The position numbers and the translations under genes were made by a program. Of a DNA stretch of 64,000 nt, positions 25,569 to 39,149 are shown in pieces (within the stretch, counting starts at the first letter, position 1; every line of letters begins with the position of its first letter). The stretch is from Takakia lepidozioides (Eukaryota; Plantae; Bryophyta): positions 78,926,001 to 78,990,000 of the forward strand of contig CM060731.1 in the NCBI GenBank assembly GCA_030704615.1. Direction: 5' to 3'. The notes below the pieces were generated by a model. That model did not search any database. It was not told the DNA's origin and worked only from the letters and a program-made list of their open reading frames with translations.

Positions 25569-28500
25569 ATGAATGCTACCATGTTAGGGCAGGCAGGAGT
25601 ATCGCAGTCTGTGAGGCTTGGAAGATCTTTGAGCAGGCATCCTGAACAAGGATGCCTGTTCGATAGTGTGGGAGGTCTTCGGCAATGTAAGGCTGACTAT
25701 GTCAAGCTCACAGCTTCTGGTCCTTGTTCCGTGAAGATTCAGAAATGCAAGCTTGGTACGCTTCTTGCTTGGCCATTCAGTATGTGCAAGAGATTGTCAG
25801 GAGGATCTCCTCTCTGCTCTGGAGATGTTCACTGTTGATGTTGCTTAATTTCCCTGCTGTTTTGTAGCACCAATGCAATGCATACATCACCGAGGGAATC
25901 GAGAAATGAATCGATTGTGACGTATCAAACTGAAGGAATGGAGGAGCGAGTGTTTTAGTTTTCAGGAGGCCAGATCTTTCTGCGTCTCTTCCCCACTTTG
26001 AAGCCTCGATTGAAAGGATTGATTAGAGGTTCTCGCCCTTCTGCCAGTTTTGTGCCCCCTTGAGACTGAGCCTCTGGGCTTCCTGGCTCAACAGGATGTA
26101 CGCACAACATTTATTTGGATGTATGGGGGTTATATCGTGGTTTACAGAGGTGAGGGCTGGAACTGGGAACACGTACGGAACAGTGTTCCGGGTGACCACT
26201 TTTGGAGAGTCTCATGGAGGGGGAGTTGGATGTGTGATCGATGGTTGTCCTCCTAGACTACCACTCAACGAAGCCGACATGCAAGTAGAACTGGATAGAA
26301 GGTAACAACCCAGCCAAATCCTTGGTATTTACTTTGAATAATTGGATTGTACAATGGAATTGCTTTGCCACTTTAAATGGTCTCAGGACAGGGGTCGATA
26401 GGGATGTAGAAGTCTCTAGTTTCTTTCCCAAGTTCAAAAAGATGTGTCATGGTTTGGCAAACTTGATAGTGTCTTCACCTTCCAGTCATTGCCAATTTGG
26501 TCGTTGCTCTTGTGTCATCCATGATACACATGGTCGCTTCATGTTTGTAAGACCAAACTCTCTAGCAGTCATAGTACTCAAGTTTGGCAACTTTCCTCTA
26601 GACATTATTCTAGAGTTGTGTGTTATCAAAGTTTATCCAGCTTTGCACCTACTTTTCATATGTTACACCATGTGAGCTCACTTTCTGTATGGCGCGCCAT
26701 GTGTACAGAGCTCACTTGGTTTTTAGTTTACATATGGCTTATGTTTTGTCCCAACTCAGTCACAACTTTTCTTTCCTTACCTCAGGAGGCCAGGCCAGAG
26801 CAGGATTACTACTCCAAGGAAAGAGTCAGACACGTGCAAAATCATCTCTGGCGTGCTAGATGGTCAGTGGATTGAACTTTCCTAGAGATGTTGCTAATGT
26901 TTTGATCCATGATGCCCTTTTGCTAAGGTTTCTGGTGATGTGTGCCATTAACAGCTTCTATGTTTTGCAAAGGAAAGAGTTATGTCCATGGAGCACTTCT
27001 GTGTTTGGAATATGCAGATTCAGATGAAGTCTATGCAACTTGCCTACATTTGTTGGCATAATTTGTTCTCTTGTCATATTTATAGTGAAAAGAGAATCCC
27101 GGTGAACGGAATATTTGAAGACAGTATTCTAATCCTTGCAGTGTTCTCTGAATGCAGGATTAACATTGGGGACACCAATTGCTGTTGTTGTACCAAACAC
27201 AGATCAACGAGGAGGGGTCAGTCACTCACATCTTTTTAATTCATGTGGTTTTTCATAGGGTCCAAGGATTTTGGAAGTTTTAGTGGTTGTCAAGTTACTA
27301 ATTTCAGGTAGCAGCTCATCTTACCACCCCTTTCAATAATTTGCCTTGACTTGGGATTATCAGTGTGCTGTGGAACTTGTTCTCAAGCTTTTTGCACCCT
27401 TGTTGTGATGCAACGTGCACAGGATTATAGAGAGATGTCATTGGCATATCGCCCTTCCCATGCAGATGCTACCTATGATTTCAAATACGGTGTTCGTGCG
27501 GTTCAGGTACTGTATCCTACCAGATTATCTGGAGAAGAATTTCTATCAGATAGCATTTGTTGTTAATCAAATTGGCTCGAGAGTCAGAAAGCCCTTGACC
27601 ATGTCAACTTCTGCATCATGTGCCTTTTGTATTATCCATGAGACCAAATTGTGGCAAGGGCAGGGAGGAGGCCGGTCTTCAGCCAGGGAAACCATTGGAA
27701 GGGTGGCGGCTGGAGCAGTTGCAAAAAAGCTGCTTCAACTACAGTCTGGCACTGAGGTCGGATAACTGTAGTCTGTTCTTGATTTTGGTTTCAAATATGC
27801 ATGAATATAGTGGGCTGTAGCACAGTAGTGTTGGATATTTTGTGTGTATAGGTTTTGGTGGGGGTAAGACCAGCTGAGAAATACTTAGGTGTACGTTATC
27901 TGGAGTGAGAGGGTATGGATATGGTGCATTTACTAATGATTACATCTTTCAGGTGCTAGCTTATGTGTCAAGGGTTCATGGAGTGGAGCTGCCAGAGGGA
28001 GTTGTGGACCATGAAACACTCACAATGGAGCAGGTATAACTGCAACTGGGAGAGCTTTTAATCTGATTAACATCAAGGCTCGAGTCCCACCCACTAGTTC
28101 ACAAAATATAAGCCAGTGATTCGTCCATCAGCGATCTCCAATTATCGACTGTTCAACCAGACAGGCTATGGGTTCTAGCTTGACATCAATATAATCTAGG
28201 GGCTCCTTGACAGAGTCCGACAGGATAGTTGCCGGGAGAAAGCCTCATTGAGCAATATGTGCTGGAAGCTTTGGTCAACTGTTTGTTGATCGTGGATTCC
28301 TTTTGGTATGGTGTGCAAAGGTTTTTTAATCTCCAGCTGGCCAACTAGAAGCTGGTTAGATAATGGGCCGCTACTGTCATTCACATCCTCACAGTAGCAT
28401 CTACTCTTGCAATGGCAGATTGAAAGCAACATTGTGAGGTGCCCAGATTCTGAGTATGCAGAGAAGATGATTGCGGCCATAGATGCAGTACGAGTCAAAG

Positions 28501-30732
28501 GAGACTCTGTGGGAGGGGTGGTGACTTGCATTGCCAGAAATGTGCCTCGAGTATGTCTCTTTGCAACTTCCACCTCAGAATACCTGCTGATCCTTTCATG
28601 TATCCTCATGCAATGCTTTGCCTTGGAATATGATGCCTGGGTCATTTGCTGGTTTGTGTTACCTATTCCATTGAAGCTGCAACTGGGTTCACATCTAAAA
28701 CAGGTTTGTACAGGATGGAGGGTGATGGTTGGAGGGTTGTCTTTGGGCTGGACAGGGATTGGGCTCACCCGTTTTTGATAAGCTGGAGGCAGAGCTTGCC
28801 AAGGCTGCCATGTCTTTACCTGCCACCAAGGGCTTTGAGGTTGGCAGTGGCTTTGCAGGTAGCTCACTGCTCCAATTCCTTCACGCAGCTGTATGTCATG
28901 GATGCTTGCTTGTAACTGGCACACGGTGCTTAAGATTATGAGAGAAGAGAGCTGTTCCTAGTAGTTGCTGTGATTGACCAATGGGCTTCTGCCTCTAGTC
29001 TGGTTCAAATGGTCAGAGTTTGGTAATTTGATCAAAACTTTCATGGAGATGCTTAGAGTACATCCAGGATCTCTACCAAGGTCGAGCAGGCTATATTCAG
29101 CAATCTTCTGGTACTCAATCCGTAAGCACCTGTGATGGATTGATTTGGTTAGGTTCATTACTGATGGGGAGTGAACACAACGATGAATTCTATATTGATG
29201 AAGCTGGCAATGTGAGGACACGCACTAACAGATCTGGAGGCATTCAGGTACTTCAAACTGCACGAAAAGGACTGTCGTTTATCTTATTCGCTTGGATGGC
29301 GTGATTGTTCATGCCAGTTGAGTTCAGGATGTCTTCTGTGACCTCATTATCATACCCCCACCATTGTTACTGTCCTGGTTGTCCTGGCTCTCGCGATCCT
29401 ACTTTCTTAGCCTTGTGGCAGACCCGAGGCCCGTTTTGGACAGAAAAGGAAGAGGGCGAAATTGTAGTGCTGAAGTAACATCCAAACACGTGTGTAGGCC
29501 TTTTCATGGAAAGCATACACCTCCATCATGGGGCTGTCTAGTCTCTCCTCCAATGCTTTGAGTGCATGACTAGTTGTTTGTAGGAGAGGCAAGAGAAGGG
29601 ATTTCTCATTTACTTTGCTGAGAATTCTTGGCTTTGTGGTTTGTTCTCGGAATTGCAGGGAGGCATATCTAACGGGGAAACGATTGTGCTGAAAATTGCG
29701 TTCAAGCCTACAGCAACTATCGCTGTACATTCTCAGACTTGTGTACCCAAGCTCCATGCTGACCAACCTCATATAACCCTCCGTTGTGTTAAATAAGCTG
29801 ACCTAATGTAATGCTTGATGTAGTTTCCTTTCAGGTACAAGTACACACATGGGCTAAGACGAAAACCAACGTCATCGTTCATGGCTCCACTCAATTTGTC
29901 GTGCATTTAAGCATTTATTGTTGTTGTTCAACATGTCTTTGCCATGCTGCCCTTCCTTCAGTAGGAAAAAGCAGCAATCACTACAAAGTACCTGGAGCAA
30001 CTGTCCAATTCAATTCAGATTGGAATTGAGTCAAGGGTTCCGTCATTTATAATTCTCTAGATGGATCTTCTTGGGTCACAAAATTGAGGGAAATGGAGAC
30101 TTCATGCTGGGGTCAGAGCTCGATAGTTGCTCAGTCACTGAAGGAAGAGCTTGTTTGTGTGGGGTTTTGGATATTTAAGTTTTCTGAGGTTTCCCAGGTA
30201 CATAGTGTGACCAGTGGGTTTCTTGTCATTTTGATGCAGAGAAAGCAAAAGACCGTGACAAGGGACAAGCAGGAAACTGAGCTACAAGCCCGTGGTCGGC
30301 ATGATCCTTGCGTTGTACCCAGAGGTAAAGTGTTTGGAACTCTAAAAACTCCCACCTCTTGCCCAGCGGTTCACGATGTGACCTGTAGGTTTGGGGTTTT
30401 AGGATTTGGGAGTGCAAAACAGACGTGTACCAGGAGGAAGGGTTGATTAAGGGGCTTGTGGGTTGAGGAGGCAAAAAGCCATGTTGAGAGTCAGACACGT
30501 TAAATTTGGCGAAAAATTGGGGTTGTGGATACAACATGGGAGGGCTGACATGTTGTTTGGTGGGGTTGAGACAGCTGTGCCGATGGTGGAGGCTATGGTT
30601 GCACTTGTGCTGGCCGACCAGTTGCTACAGCATTACGCCCAATGTCAATTGCTGCCCCTTAACCCTGTGCTCCAGGGTTCGGCATCGGTTGATAAGGAGG
30701 CCCCATCGCCTCTTGAGCAGGGCACTGTATAA
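25569..30732 (+). CDS. aroC: Chorismate synthase, plastid-targeted, 13 exons (approx. 25569-25755, 26148-26301, 26786-26862, 27158-27216, 27423-27506, 27664-27756, 27953-28033, 28419-28550, 28756-28858, 29153-29247, 29659-29724, 30240-30324, 30575-30732)
   Basis: Signature motifs [87 protein letters not shown] and [19 protein letters not shown]. Exon 1 looks like a transit peptide. Confidence 0.95.
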
Positions 30733-31537
30733 GCAAGCAGTGAGCCCTATGTCATAACCCCTGGCTCACTTTACTATGTAAAAATCATGGTGTCCCAGTA
30801 CTTCCACTGTCTCCTGCTTGAGTTTAATATTTGCATATTGGTCAAGTCTATTTTCAGTTCAGTGATGACCAATAAAGAGGGGTCTGTGCTTGTACAAATA
30901 GCACTTTGGACAGGTAGCTGCCATTGATCACCCATTATCTGTCATTAAAATTTTGTCAGGCAGAGATCTTAATGATCGATGTCTCGAGTCATCTGAGGAT
31001 GAAAATGGCAGGATATTGTCTGCCAGTGTATCCAATCTTACATATAAAGCCAGGTGAGGTTACAGGCTATTCTTCCCGCACCCTGTTAGTGGTCGCGGAC
31101 AAGAAGCTGTATTTGTTTCTCCGATCTCTGCTTCAGAACCATGGTATTGCCAAGCTTTTGGATGGAGCACTTCCCAAGATTGTATTGGCCAAGTTCAGAA
31201 TCGCTTGGATAAACAGATGCATCTGTCATGGGTCAAGCATGCAAGTTACACATCTTCTTTGCCGCAATCAGCCGTAAGCCCAAAATGTGCCATGTAAAAA
31301 GTGGACGCCAGAACAAGGGAGATGGTAATAGTATGTCCATTATTCAAAGCTCCTTGGTGAATAGCTAATAAGACAATGTGAAAGTGTGAAAGAAGAATGT
31401 CAAGTGTTCCATGAGGCAACAAGCACATGGCTCATGGGAGCCCAACAAGGGAAGGGAAAGAAGAAGCCATACAAGTCTCCCGGTCTCTTGCACTATGATG
31501 GAATTGGAACATGTTCCAAAACAAAAGAACAGCTTGT

Positions 31538-32638
31538 CTAGACTTTTGCACCAAAACTAAGACCGCCAACCAAACCCACAGTGTACAGGTGTCGCATGGT
31601 CCCTCTTCGTAATTCAGGTGGAAATCCAGTGGACGTCCATGTGTGTTGCTTCGTGTCATACATCACAATTACTTCATTAGGTCTCGTCCACATGAATAAG
31701 AGATTGTCATGGCTCACCACTTGAAAATAGTACATGGTTCCTGGAATCTCAGTTCTTGCAATCTCCAGCCACTCTGCACTCGTTGCAGAACCTTTCAACT
31801 CCCACACACAAATTGTTGGTGAGACGTGCATTTGATCGCGAGGCGGCCCAACCATCAACAGGCGCCCCTCACTCTCTACAAGTCGACAATTCCAACCACG
31901 TCCACCAAAGTCGTCAGGCATCCGTGCAGCAACTTTAGTCCACGCACCCGTGCCAATGTCACAAGCCATCACAATGTTGTCTTTCTCATTCTCAAGTATG
32001 TAAAATAGAGCAAAGAGAGTAGGGCCGCATATCACACTTCCTCTACAATGCGCATCAACTTCTGTGGGCATGTTTCCAGTCTCGGTCCAACACTCGCATG
32101 TTGAGTCATAGATGTGCGTTCTCCAACGTAGTCGTGGTTCGGCGTACTTGTATGACATCACAAGGACCTTGTAGGTGTTGCTGCATCTATCTACAATCAT
32201 ATTCACCATCTCCACATATTCTGAATTGTCGTGAGGCAGGGCAGGCAATTGTGTGGAAGTGTTCAACAGAGGATTGCACACAATCAATAAGTCCTTGTCC
32301 ATCAACATGCAAAATAAGCCTCCATCTGCAGCATGAACTCCGTATATGGAATTATCCTTGGGGAGTTTGAGGTCGATCTTTTGCCACCGTCGAGTTGTGG
32401 GCGCATACCACATACAACAATCGTGGTAGTATCCATCCCAGTATTTGCCTAAAGACAAGAGATAGGAGTGTTGGTGAAGAGGGAGGTGCTGACAGAGTTG
32501 TTGGAAAGCAGCAGTGGATGGGAGGGAATTCCACAACTTGCAAACCGACTTAAAGCGGGCAAGACTTGGATATGGCAAACAGGCCAACACTACCATCACT
32601 AACTCGAAAGGAAGCCTGCTCCAGATCTCCTCCTCCAT
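31538..32638 (-). CDS. Intronless F-box protein, close paralog of 17385-18494
   Basis: Near-identical protein (MEEEIWSRLPFELVMVVLACLPYPSL...GGLSFGAKV) inside the inverted duplication. Confidence 0.9.
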   Translation of the reverse strand: MEEEIWSRLPFELVMVVLACLPYPSLARFKSVCKLWNSLPSTAAFQQLCQHLPLHQHSYLLSLGKYWDGYYHDCCMWYAPTTRRWQKIDLKLPKDNSIYGVHAADGGLFCMLMDKDLLIVCNPLLNTSTQLPALPHDNSEYVEMVNMIVDRCSNTYKVLVMSYKYAEPRLRWRTHIYDSTCECWTETGNMPTEVDAHCRGSVICGPTLFALFYILENEKDNIVMACDIGTGAWTKVAARMPDDFGGRGWNCRLVESEGRLLMVGPPRDQMHVSPTICVWELKGSATSAEWLEIARTEIPGTMYYFQVVSHDNLLFMWTRPNEVIVMYDTKQHTWTSTGFPPELRRGTMRHLYTVGLVGGLSFGAKV

Positions 32639-33806
32639 ATTGCCCACCCACAAAACCTCTCTGACGTGTTCTTGTGATCGTAACACGGAGCTTGGGACAA
32701 GAGACGTGTAGGGTAGTAAGGTATGAACCAGTGAAGCCCAGCACGTGTTCCTTGCCCCGAGTGAAGAATTTTCAAAAGAAAAGGAGTGAGCTACATCTCG
32801 TAAGCATTTACGAAGGGAAAGAAAGAGTCGGCCTCTGAGAATTCATACCCAGGAGCCCGACTATTGTTAGTATCATTCCTGTGCTATCAAAAGCCTCGCT
32901 CTTACTTTTGCTATTCTGGTACTTGAACCTTCTTTGCTCGCCATCCACTTCCCTTTCACTATTTCCAGCCCTGCTTTTTGTTTTGTGGTCTGTACATAGA
33001 AACCCTAAAAATCCTTGAAAAATCCTGCCATGTGCGAGAAATCGGGGAGGGAGATGGCAGAGCAAGCTGGATGCGCCGCTCTTGTGATTCCTCCTTTCTT
33101 GGTCGGTCTTCAACAGTATCAGGGGATGGACAAGGGGTGGTCATGTTGCAGACGCATTTCATTTCCAGTGCTGCTTCAAGGCGCTGCCCGCAGGCACGGG
33201 AAAGCCTAGTATCACGAACTCTCCATCGAGAGCTGTCTACCACTACTCGGGTTCAAAGTCTGCCTGTGGCACCGGTGGTATTATCCAGTGTTGGCCAGGT
33301 ATGGCATCTGGACATGCATACCCGGCGGTTATTTGCCGGTTATGCATATGTGCATAACCGGAAAGTGAGGCCCCAAGGGAACCGGCTATGGAAGGGAACC
33401 GGCAAATTCCATCGCGCTTACTACCCGGCTAGAGAACCGACATCGAGATTGGGGGGGTTGTTGTACCCGGAGTGAGATCCGGAGCAAAGAAGGATGGCGT
33501 ACATGCGGTTCTAGATAGTACATGTGCAGGTCCAAAGGAAATGTTTTCAACTGATTTGATTTCGCCGCCATGCGAGAATGTCTGCCTGCTCTGTCAGGCC
33601 GTCATTGGCATCTCTTCAATCAATTCTCTCATCTCTTCATTAACGTTGGTTGTTTGTGTTTTGTGCAATGACAATCATGCTGCTTCATTTGACAATCTCT
33701 CATGTGAGTTTTGTTTCTGCAAGTTTCTCTTGTCATGGCTCAGCAAGATAGTTGTGTGTTTGTCGTTGGTGTACATGGCAGACAGTCAGAATCGGGTACT
33801 CTCGCT

Positions 33807-36097
33807 ATGATTGCCTCAGAGTGTGGAACTTCAAAAGATGGAGGGGGCATTGATGCAGCTATCGATATTGCCCAACAAACAAATCCAGCAGCAGAGTTGC
33901 AACAGTTGCAAGTTCTGTAAGGACAAGCTGATTTCTGGAAACCCTACAGCCGTAGTTCAGTTTGTTGGTCATTTTTTGCTCTGAACGATTCAATTCATGT
34001 CGATACCGTCAACCCACAAATGCTGCGATGCATTATTTGTCGCTCTCAATCTACAACTACCAGCATTCTTGGCCAACACAGTGTTGCTAGAAAAGGCTTG
34101 GGTGAAATACAATAAAGACAACGGAATCACAGCTATGGGCAAACATGTGCACATGGCTCATCCTCATCTATTTGTCACGATGAAAGCACATGTTAGCAGA
34201 ACAATCGCAATAGACGAGCACAGTCGCCAAGCAAGAAAAAAACGCTCACTGCCTACAGGTTGTGCCATCACTTCATTTTTCGGTTCTACTACTCCTTACA
34301 AAACAACATACTAGCAACAAGTGAAGTTTCTTGAGGACCCCGTGCTTTACGTTGCGAAGGGTTACAGACCCTTGTCTACAGTGGAAAACAAACATATGGC
34401 TCAGGAAGATAGTTTTGAGGCAATGCCCCCGAGTTGTCTTTCCTTCCCGCAAGGCTCTCGTCGACGAAGTTTTGCCATCCATGGTTACGAAGACAATGGA
34501 GAACTATGTGTTGCCTTCTTTGAATACTTGTGTGACCGGCTCTGCCAGCTTCGACTTGTGGATGCATAGAGGTGGGATAGACACATTTGCTCTGGTCATC
34601 AACTTCCTCAATGACAAGTGGATTCCAATGCATGTGACAGTGGGATTATTTGAGGTATCTGATACCTCAGGTGTAGCGATGGCAATACAGCTGCAATCTC
34701 TTCTCGATACTTTCGGCTTGACACGACGCATAATTGCTTTTGTTAAGGATGAAGGAGGAAATTTGAGTACCATGGCAGCTGCTCTTAGATCCATTGTATG
34801 GTGTGACCTTCTGCATACACAATCAGTTTTTGAGGGCACATGCTTTGGGCATGTTATGTCTAAAGCATGCCAGTATGCGACAAATGATCTGAAAGTTTGT
34901 CTTGGTTTGAGGGAGGTCTCGATCAAAGATGCTCAGGCCTGTTTACAGAAGACTATTACTTGGACAAAGAAATCGGGAAAGGGTTGGCAAGAATGGAATA
35001 AGGCATGCATAGACTCTGGCCTACGGCCTCGCAAGCTGAAGACTCCCGTGAAAACCAAGTTTGCATCTAAAGTCATAATGTTTGAAGAAACCCTTGAGTT
35101 TAAAGAGGCCATTATCACATGTTATAGTCGACAAACTCTTACTCTGCAACAAAGAGTTCCTAAGCCTCAGGTATGGGCTATTGCCGAAGCAGTTACAAGT
35201 TCTTTGAACCCTGTGGTGACTACTTGTGTTCTTAACCAATCAAGAGGTCACTGGTTGTTGTCTGATGCCCTCAATGTTGCCATCTCTTTGTCCATGCGCA
35301 TGCAAGAGGAGAAAGCTCAGTTCGATGATGAGACTCAGCCACCCGATGTCTTTGATGCGGAGCTTCTTGTACTCCAAAGCAGAATTCGTGAAGAGGTCAT
35401 TGCTGTTTTGCAGCCTTTTCTCAACTTTTTGGTGTCATTTAATGTCAGGAAGTCACACAACATGTTGGCGTTGATGTTGGACCCTCGCTATAAAGGCCTG
35501 AAATTGGTCACGGATTATGTGGGACGTGGTGCAGCTATCTAGATTGTTTCAGAATATGACCAGAAAGCATTGATCCCTCTGCTACTGCTTTGCTTCAAAA
35601 GATTGAACCCTTGTGCATGTGCAAGTGATAGTGTCTCCGATAATGTTGAAATTGCTGAAGAGAACAATCTTTTTGGGGAAGGAGCATCTGACGAAGAATC
35701 CTCGACTGCACTTGTGAAGGGGGAGCTATCTTTGTTTAGGCGGCTGTCCATTCTGCCAACAGCATCTTCAGATCCCCTGTCATGGTGGCGAGATCACGAA
35801 GGACAATTTCCAAATGTGGCATTTCTGGCCAAACAAATTTTGGGCATCCCTGGGTCCCAAATCGAGACTGAACGTGTATTCAGTATTGCCGGTGTACTCA
35901 CTTGTCGTTTGCAAGTTGACAACTTGGATCGTTTGATCATGGTGATCAAGAATTGGCCGGATGACCCTCGTCTTGACTGCAACCTTCAGGACCGTGCCTT
36001 GAAATGCTTTATGGCTAGAGAAGCTAGTCTTGCCGAGGATAATTATGATACAATAGAAGAAGCGGGTTTTTTTGAGGAGCTGCATCTAGGGCACTAG
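33807..36097 (+). pseudogene. hAT transposase (BED finger, catalytic core, C-terminal dimerisation domain), disrupted
   Basis: CWSFF...RCIIC...NGITAMGKHVHMAH (BED), SFDLWM, FVKDEGGNL, CFGHVM, LMLDPRYK and DPLSWWRDHEGQFPNVAFLAKQILGIPGSQIETERVFSIAG. Stops at ~33918, 34312 and 35540, plus frameshifts. Confidence 0.9.
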
Positions 36098-36587
36098 GGC
36101 ACTAGAGCACTAGGGAGGTAGTAGGGGCATGACTGCCTGGTCAGAATTAACCTTGACAATTCATGACCCAGCGTAGCTACGGCGTGAGCCCAGCCCCGTG
36201 AGCCTGGGAGCTGAGCTCACGTTGAAGCTGCAAAGCGTGAGCTGAGCTCACGCTTCAGGGAAGCGTGAGTGGCACAAATTTGCTGGAGAAGCAGGTCCTA
36301 TAGGCGAGGATTGCAGGAAGAGGGCCTATTACCGTGGACAAAACAAAGGGGGCCACCATGCACCATGTCTGCAATGCCTGCACAAAAAGAGGAATATGAA
36401 AATATGGCAGATTTGAGCTCAGAATGATTGACACACTTTATTTCAATTCACAGATAGACGCTTACAATGAATGGCATGTGCATTTGCCCTGGTTCCGTGA
36501 ACGAAATGAATGTGTTTGTCATAAATGCAAAGTCTTCACACGGTAACCTGGAAACCAGCATGGGAAGCGGGCATGGCTCGTATGTGT

Positions 36588-37900
36588 TTAAAGAGAATTT
36601 GGCGGAGCCCCACGTGAGGTGTCCCGCTGCAGAAGGGTGATGACTTTTCCGTAGCCTAGTGTGGCTTGGTGAATGAATTGGTCTCTCTTACCATCGCAAC
36701 ACATAATTACAAGGTATATGTAATATTGATGCTTGCAGGGGACCCACTTCCTTCTCATGCCGAGAGCGCCCTCACGCATCGTTACAAAATCCGGACAAGT
36801 GCATTTAGGGAAACTCTCCACGGTAACCTGATATTCTTTGCTATGAAGAATTGAGCCAATAGACAGCACTGTGTAAATCCGTCCATATCCCAGGGCAGGG
36901 ACTTCGGTGATACGAGTCACCCGAGCCTGCAAAATTCTAGCCGATTCCATCTTGCACCCGTGATCTGCACCCGATCTGCACCCGATTCGTGATCAGCCGA
37001 TTAGCGTTGTTTCTCAGCCGAGGGCAAGAAATATTCACGAACTTGCAATGCCCAACGCAAATCGACCTTCGAAATTTCAATCCAATGTCGTTGTGGATGT
37101 TCGATGTTTTTGTCCTGCACCAAGGGTGTCCGTCATGTTTCTTGTCCATGCCCTGCAGAAGCCTAGCCAGTCCACTGGAAGATGTGGGAGGGTTGAGCTC
37201 AAACAAGATGTCCCCATCAAACTCTGCTGGCACGTATTGAACCCGCTGCACACGAAGGAACTCCCAATCAACAAAACGCAGCTCGTTATTGCACCCAGGC
37301 ACCCCTGCGAGGACTTTCAATTTCGGAATGACACTCGTTATCTCCTGCAATTCGTCATCATCTAAGATGGGAGTCTGCACTGGCGGAGGAATCTCAGAAA
37401 CATCCTCTGAGGACGAGTCTGAAAGAGTCACGAATGTAGTGGATGTGCTCACTTCTTGTTTCACATGAACTGTGCCCTTCTGCTGCACGACTGATGCTGC
37501 AGTGCCAGGGGTAACTACTGATCCTGCTGATTGTCTTCTCTTTTTTCCAAGGACACGGTATGTGTCTGGAAGGACTCTCCACTTCTTTCCACACTCGCCA
37601 ACCAATGGTTTCTCCAAGTGCCCAGAATCCAAATTCCCATCCTCGTCATACACATCTTTTTTGAAATAGCAGAGAACCCAATTCCAGCGGGAACACTGTA
37701 ACCAGCTCATCCTCATGAACAACTGCAAACCCATCGTCGTCTGTAGTGGTAGTCAGTGGAAGACTACCTGCATTGGAATGAAATCGAGCGAGTCTATCTC
37801 GCTCCCTCAACATGTTTTCCTCCACTGACCGAAAGTTGCGATTCACAACGGAATCCCCGAACTGATAGCCCGTAATTCTCGAAAAGGGATCCACCACAAA
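36588..37900 (-). pseudogene. Internally deleted transposase-like gene: GCM/WRKY-like Zn domain followed by a SWIM zinc finger
   Basis: DGHPWCRTKTSNI...FRRSICVGHCKFVNISC (GCM-like spacing) and PKCTCPDF...VPCKH (SWIM CxC..CxH). There are frameshifts and no DDE core between them. The junction has short repeats (ATCTGCACCCG x2, ~36962-36984). Confidence 0.6.
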
Positions 37901-38720
37901 CAAACTAAGGTCAATAAGGTTAGCACTAACCCAAAGACTGCGGGCGATGCATGCAAAGAATGTAGGAATGACATGCACCATACTTCGCAGACAACCACAC
38001 TAAGAGACACCAACCAGAAAAACTGTTTTCAAAGACAAGAAGCCACAAGAAGCCGTGCTGTATTTGGATGAAAAACAAACCCTGAACATGACATGAAACC
38101 ATCCATTATGGAAAGACGACAACAACCCTGGAGAGCAGTAAACAGGAAGACCCCGAATGTAATGAGGTTGTGCTGTGCCAGAAGAGCACAGAACAAACAC
38201 TGACACTCCGGGAGACACCTCTCACGAATGTGTGCAACACATGACCATTGCCGACAAAACCCTTTATACCGAATGACCCCATTATGACGGTGATGGCAAA
38301 ATGCAAACCAAAGAGTAGGCAGTAGAACACATGTGGATGCATATGTGAAGCATAACAATTATTGCGAATCTGCAAGTACTGCACGAAATTGAACTAGCAT
38401 TAGATTTATACGACACTTCCGAATTTGAAAGAATGCAAGAAGGCTACCATATATTGGCAGGCGGCGAAGTACATCTGACATATATCACAAGTACATGTAA
38501 CGGATGTACATTTTTTCTAGCACTTTATTTCTTGGACAATACAAAGACGCTGAAATGGATGAATTCCGTTCGCCCACAATGATAACATCCGCATCCAAAT
38601 ACGGTTAACAATGTCCAATTTTTATTTTGGTTACATGCCATAGCAACCCTTGTTGCAAACGTCAAACTAGAGAGCTCTAGAGGCAGCGTGGGGAGCCCTT
38701 GTTTCCAGCGGAGGAGGAAG

Positions 38721-39124
38721 AGAAGGAAGACATTATACTTCATGAGCACTAGGAACATGAATAGAGCCAGATATAAAATGAGGATGGAAATAGTAGACGA
38801 AGAGGAAAAGGGCAAAGAAGATGGCAAAGAGGAAAGTCTGACGATGGAAGAGCAGGAATCTGGAGAAGAACAGCAGCCCGCCATACTTCCAAGAACAGGT
38901 GAGGAGGAGACTGCATCCGAGGGAGAGACAGACGCCGAAGATGATGTTGATGCTGGCCTCACGAAGAACTAGATAGTGGAAAAGAGGATGGGGGAGATGC
39001 TCCAGAACATGGTCGGCGTAGAGAGCAGTCCGAAGCGCAAAAGGTCCCCGGCGATTGGGGAGTCTTCTGGAGTAGCCAAAAAAAAGGTACAATGTTTGAG
39101 ACCCACCTTTGTGCTTCATTGCTG
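38721..39124 (+). pseudogene. Small acidic ORF with a basic NLS-like tail, interrupted by TAG at 38970
   Basis: A Glu/Asp-rich tract continues in frame past the stop into IVEKRMGEMLQNMVGVESSPKRKRSP...AKKKV. Confidence 0.35.
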
Positions 39125-39149
39125 ATGTGAACCCCAGTTGTGCTTGTAT

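Noticed and set aside
28196-28924. 242-aa minus-strand ORF
   Set aside because: It is antisense to chorismate synthase exons 8-9 and has no recognisable motif.
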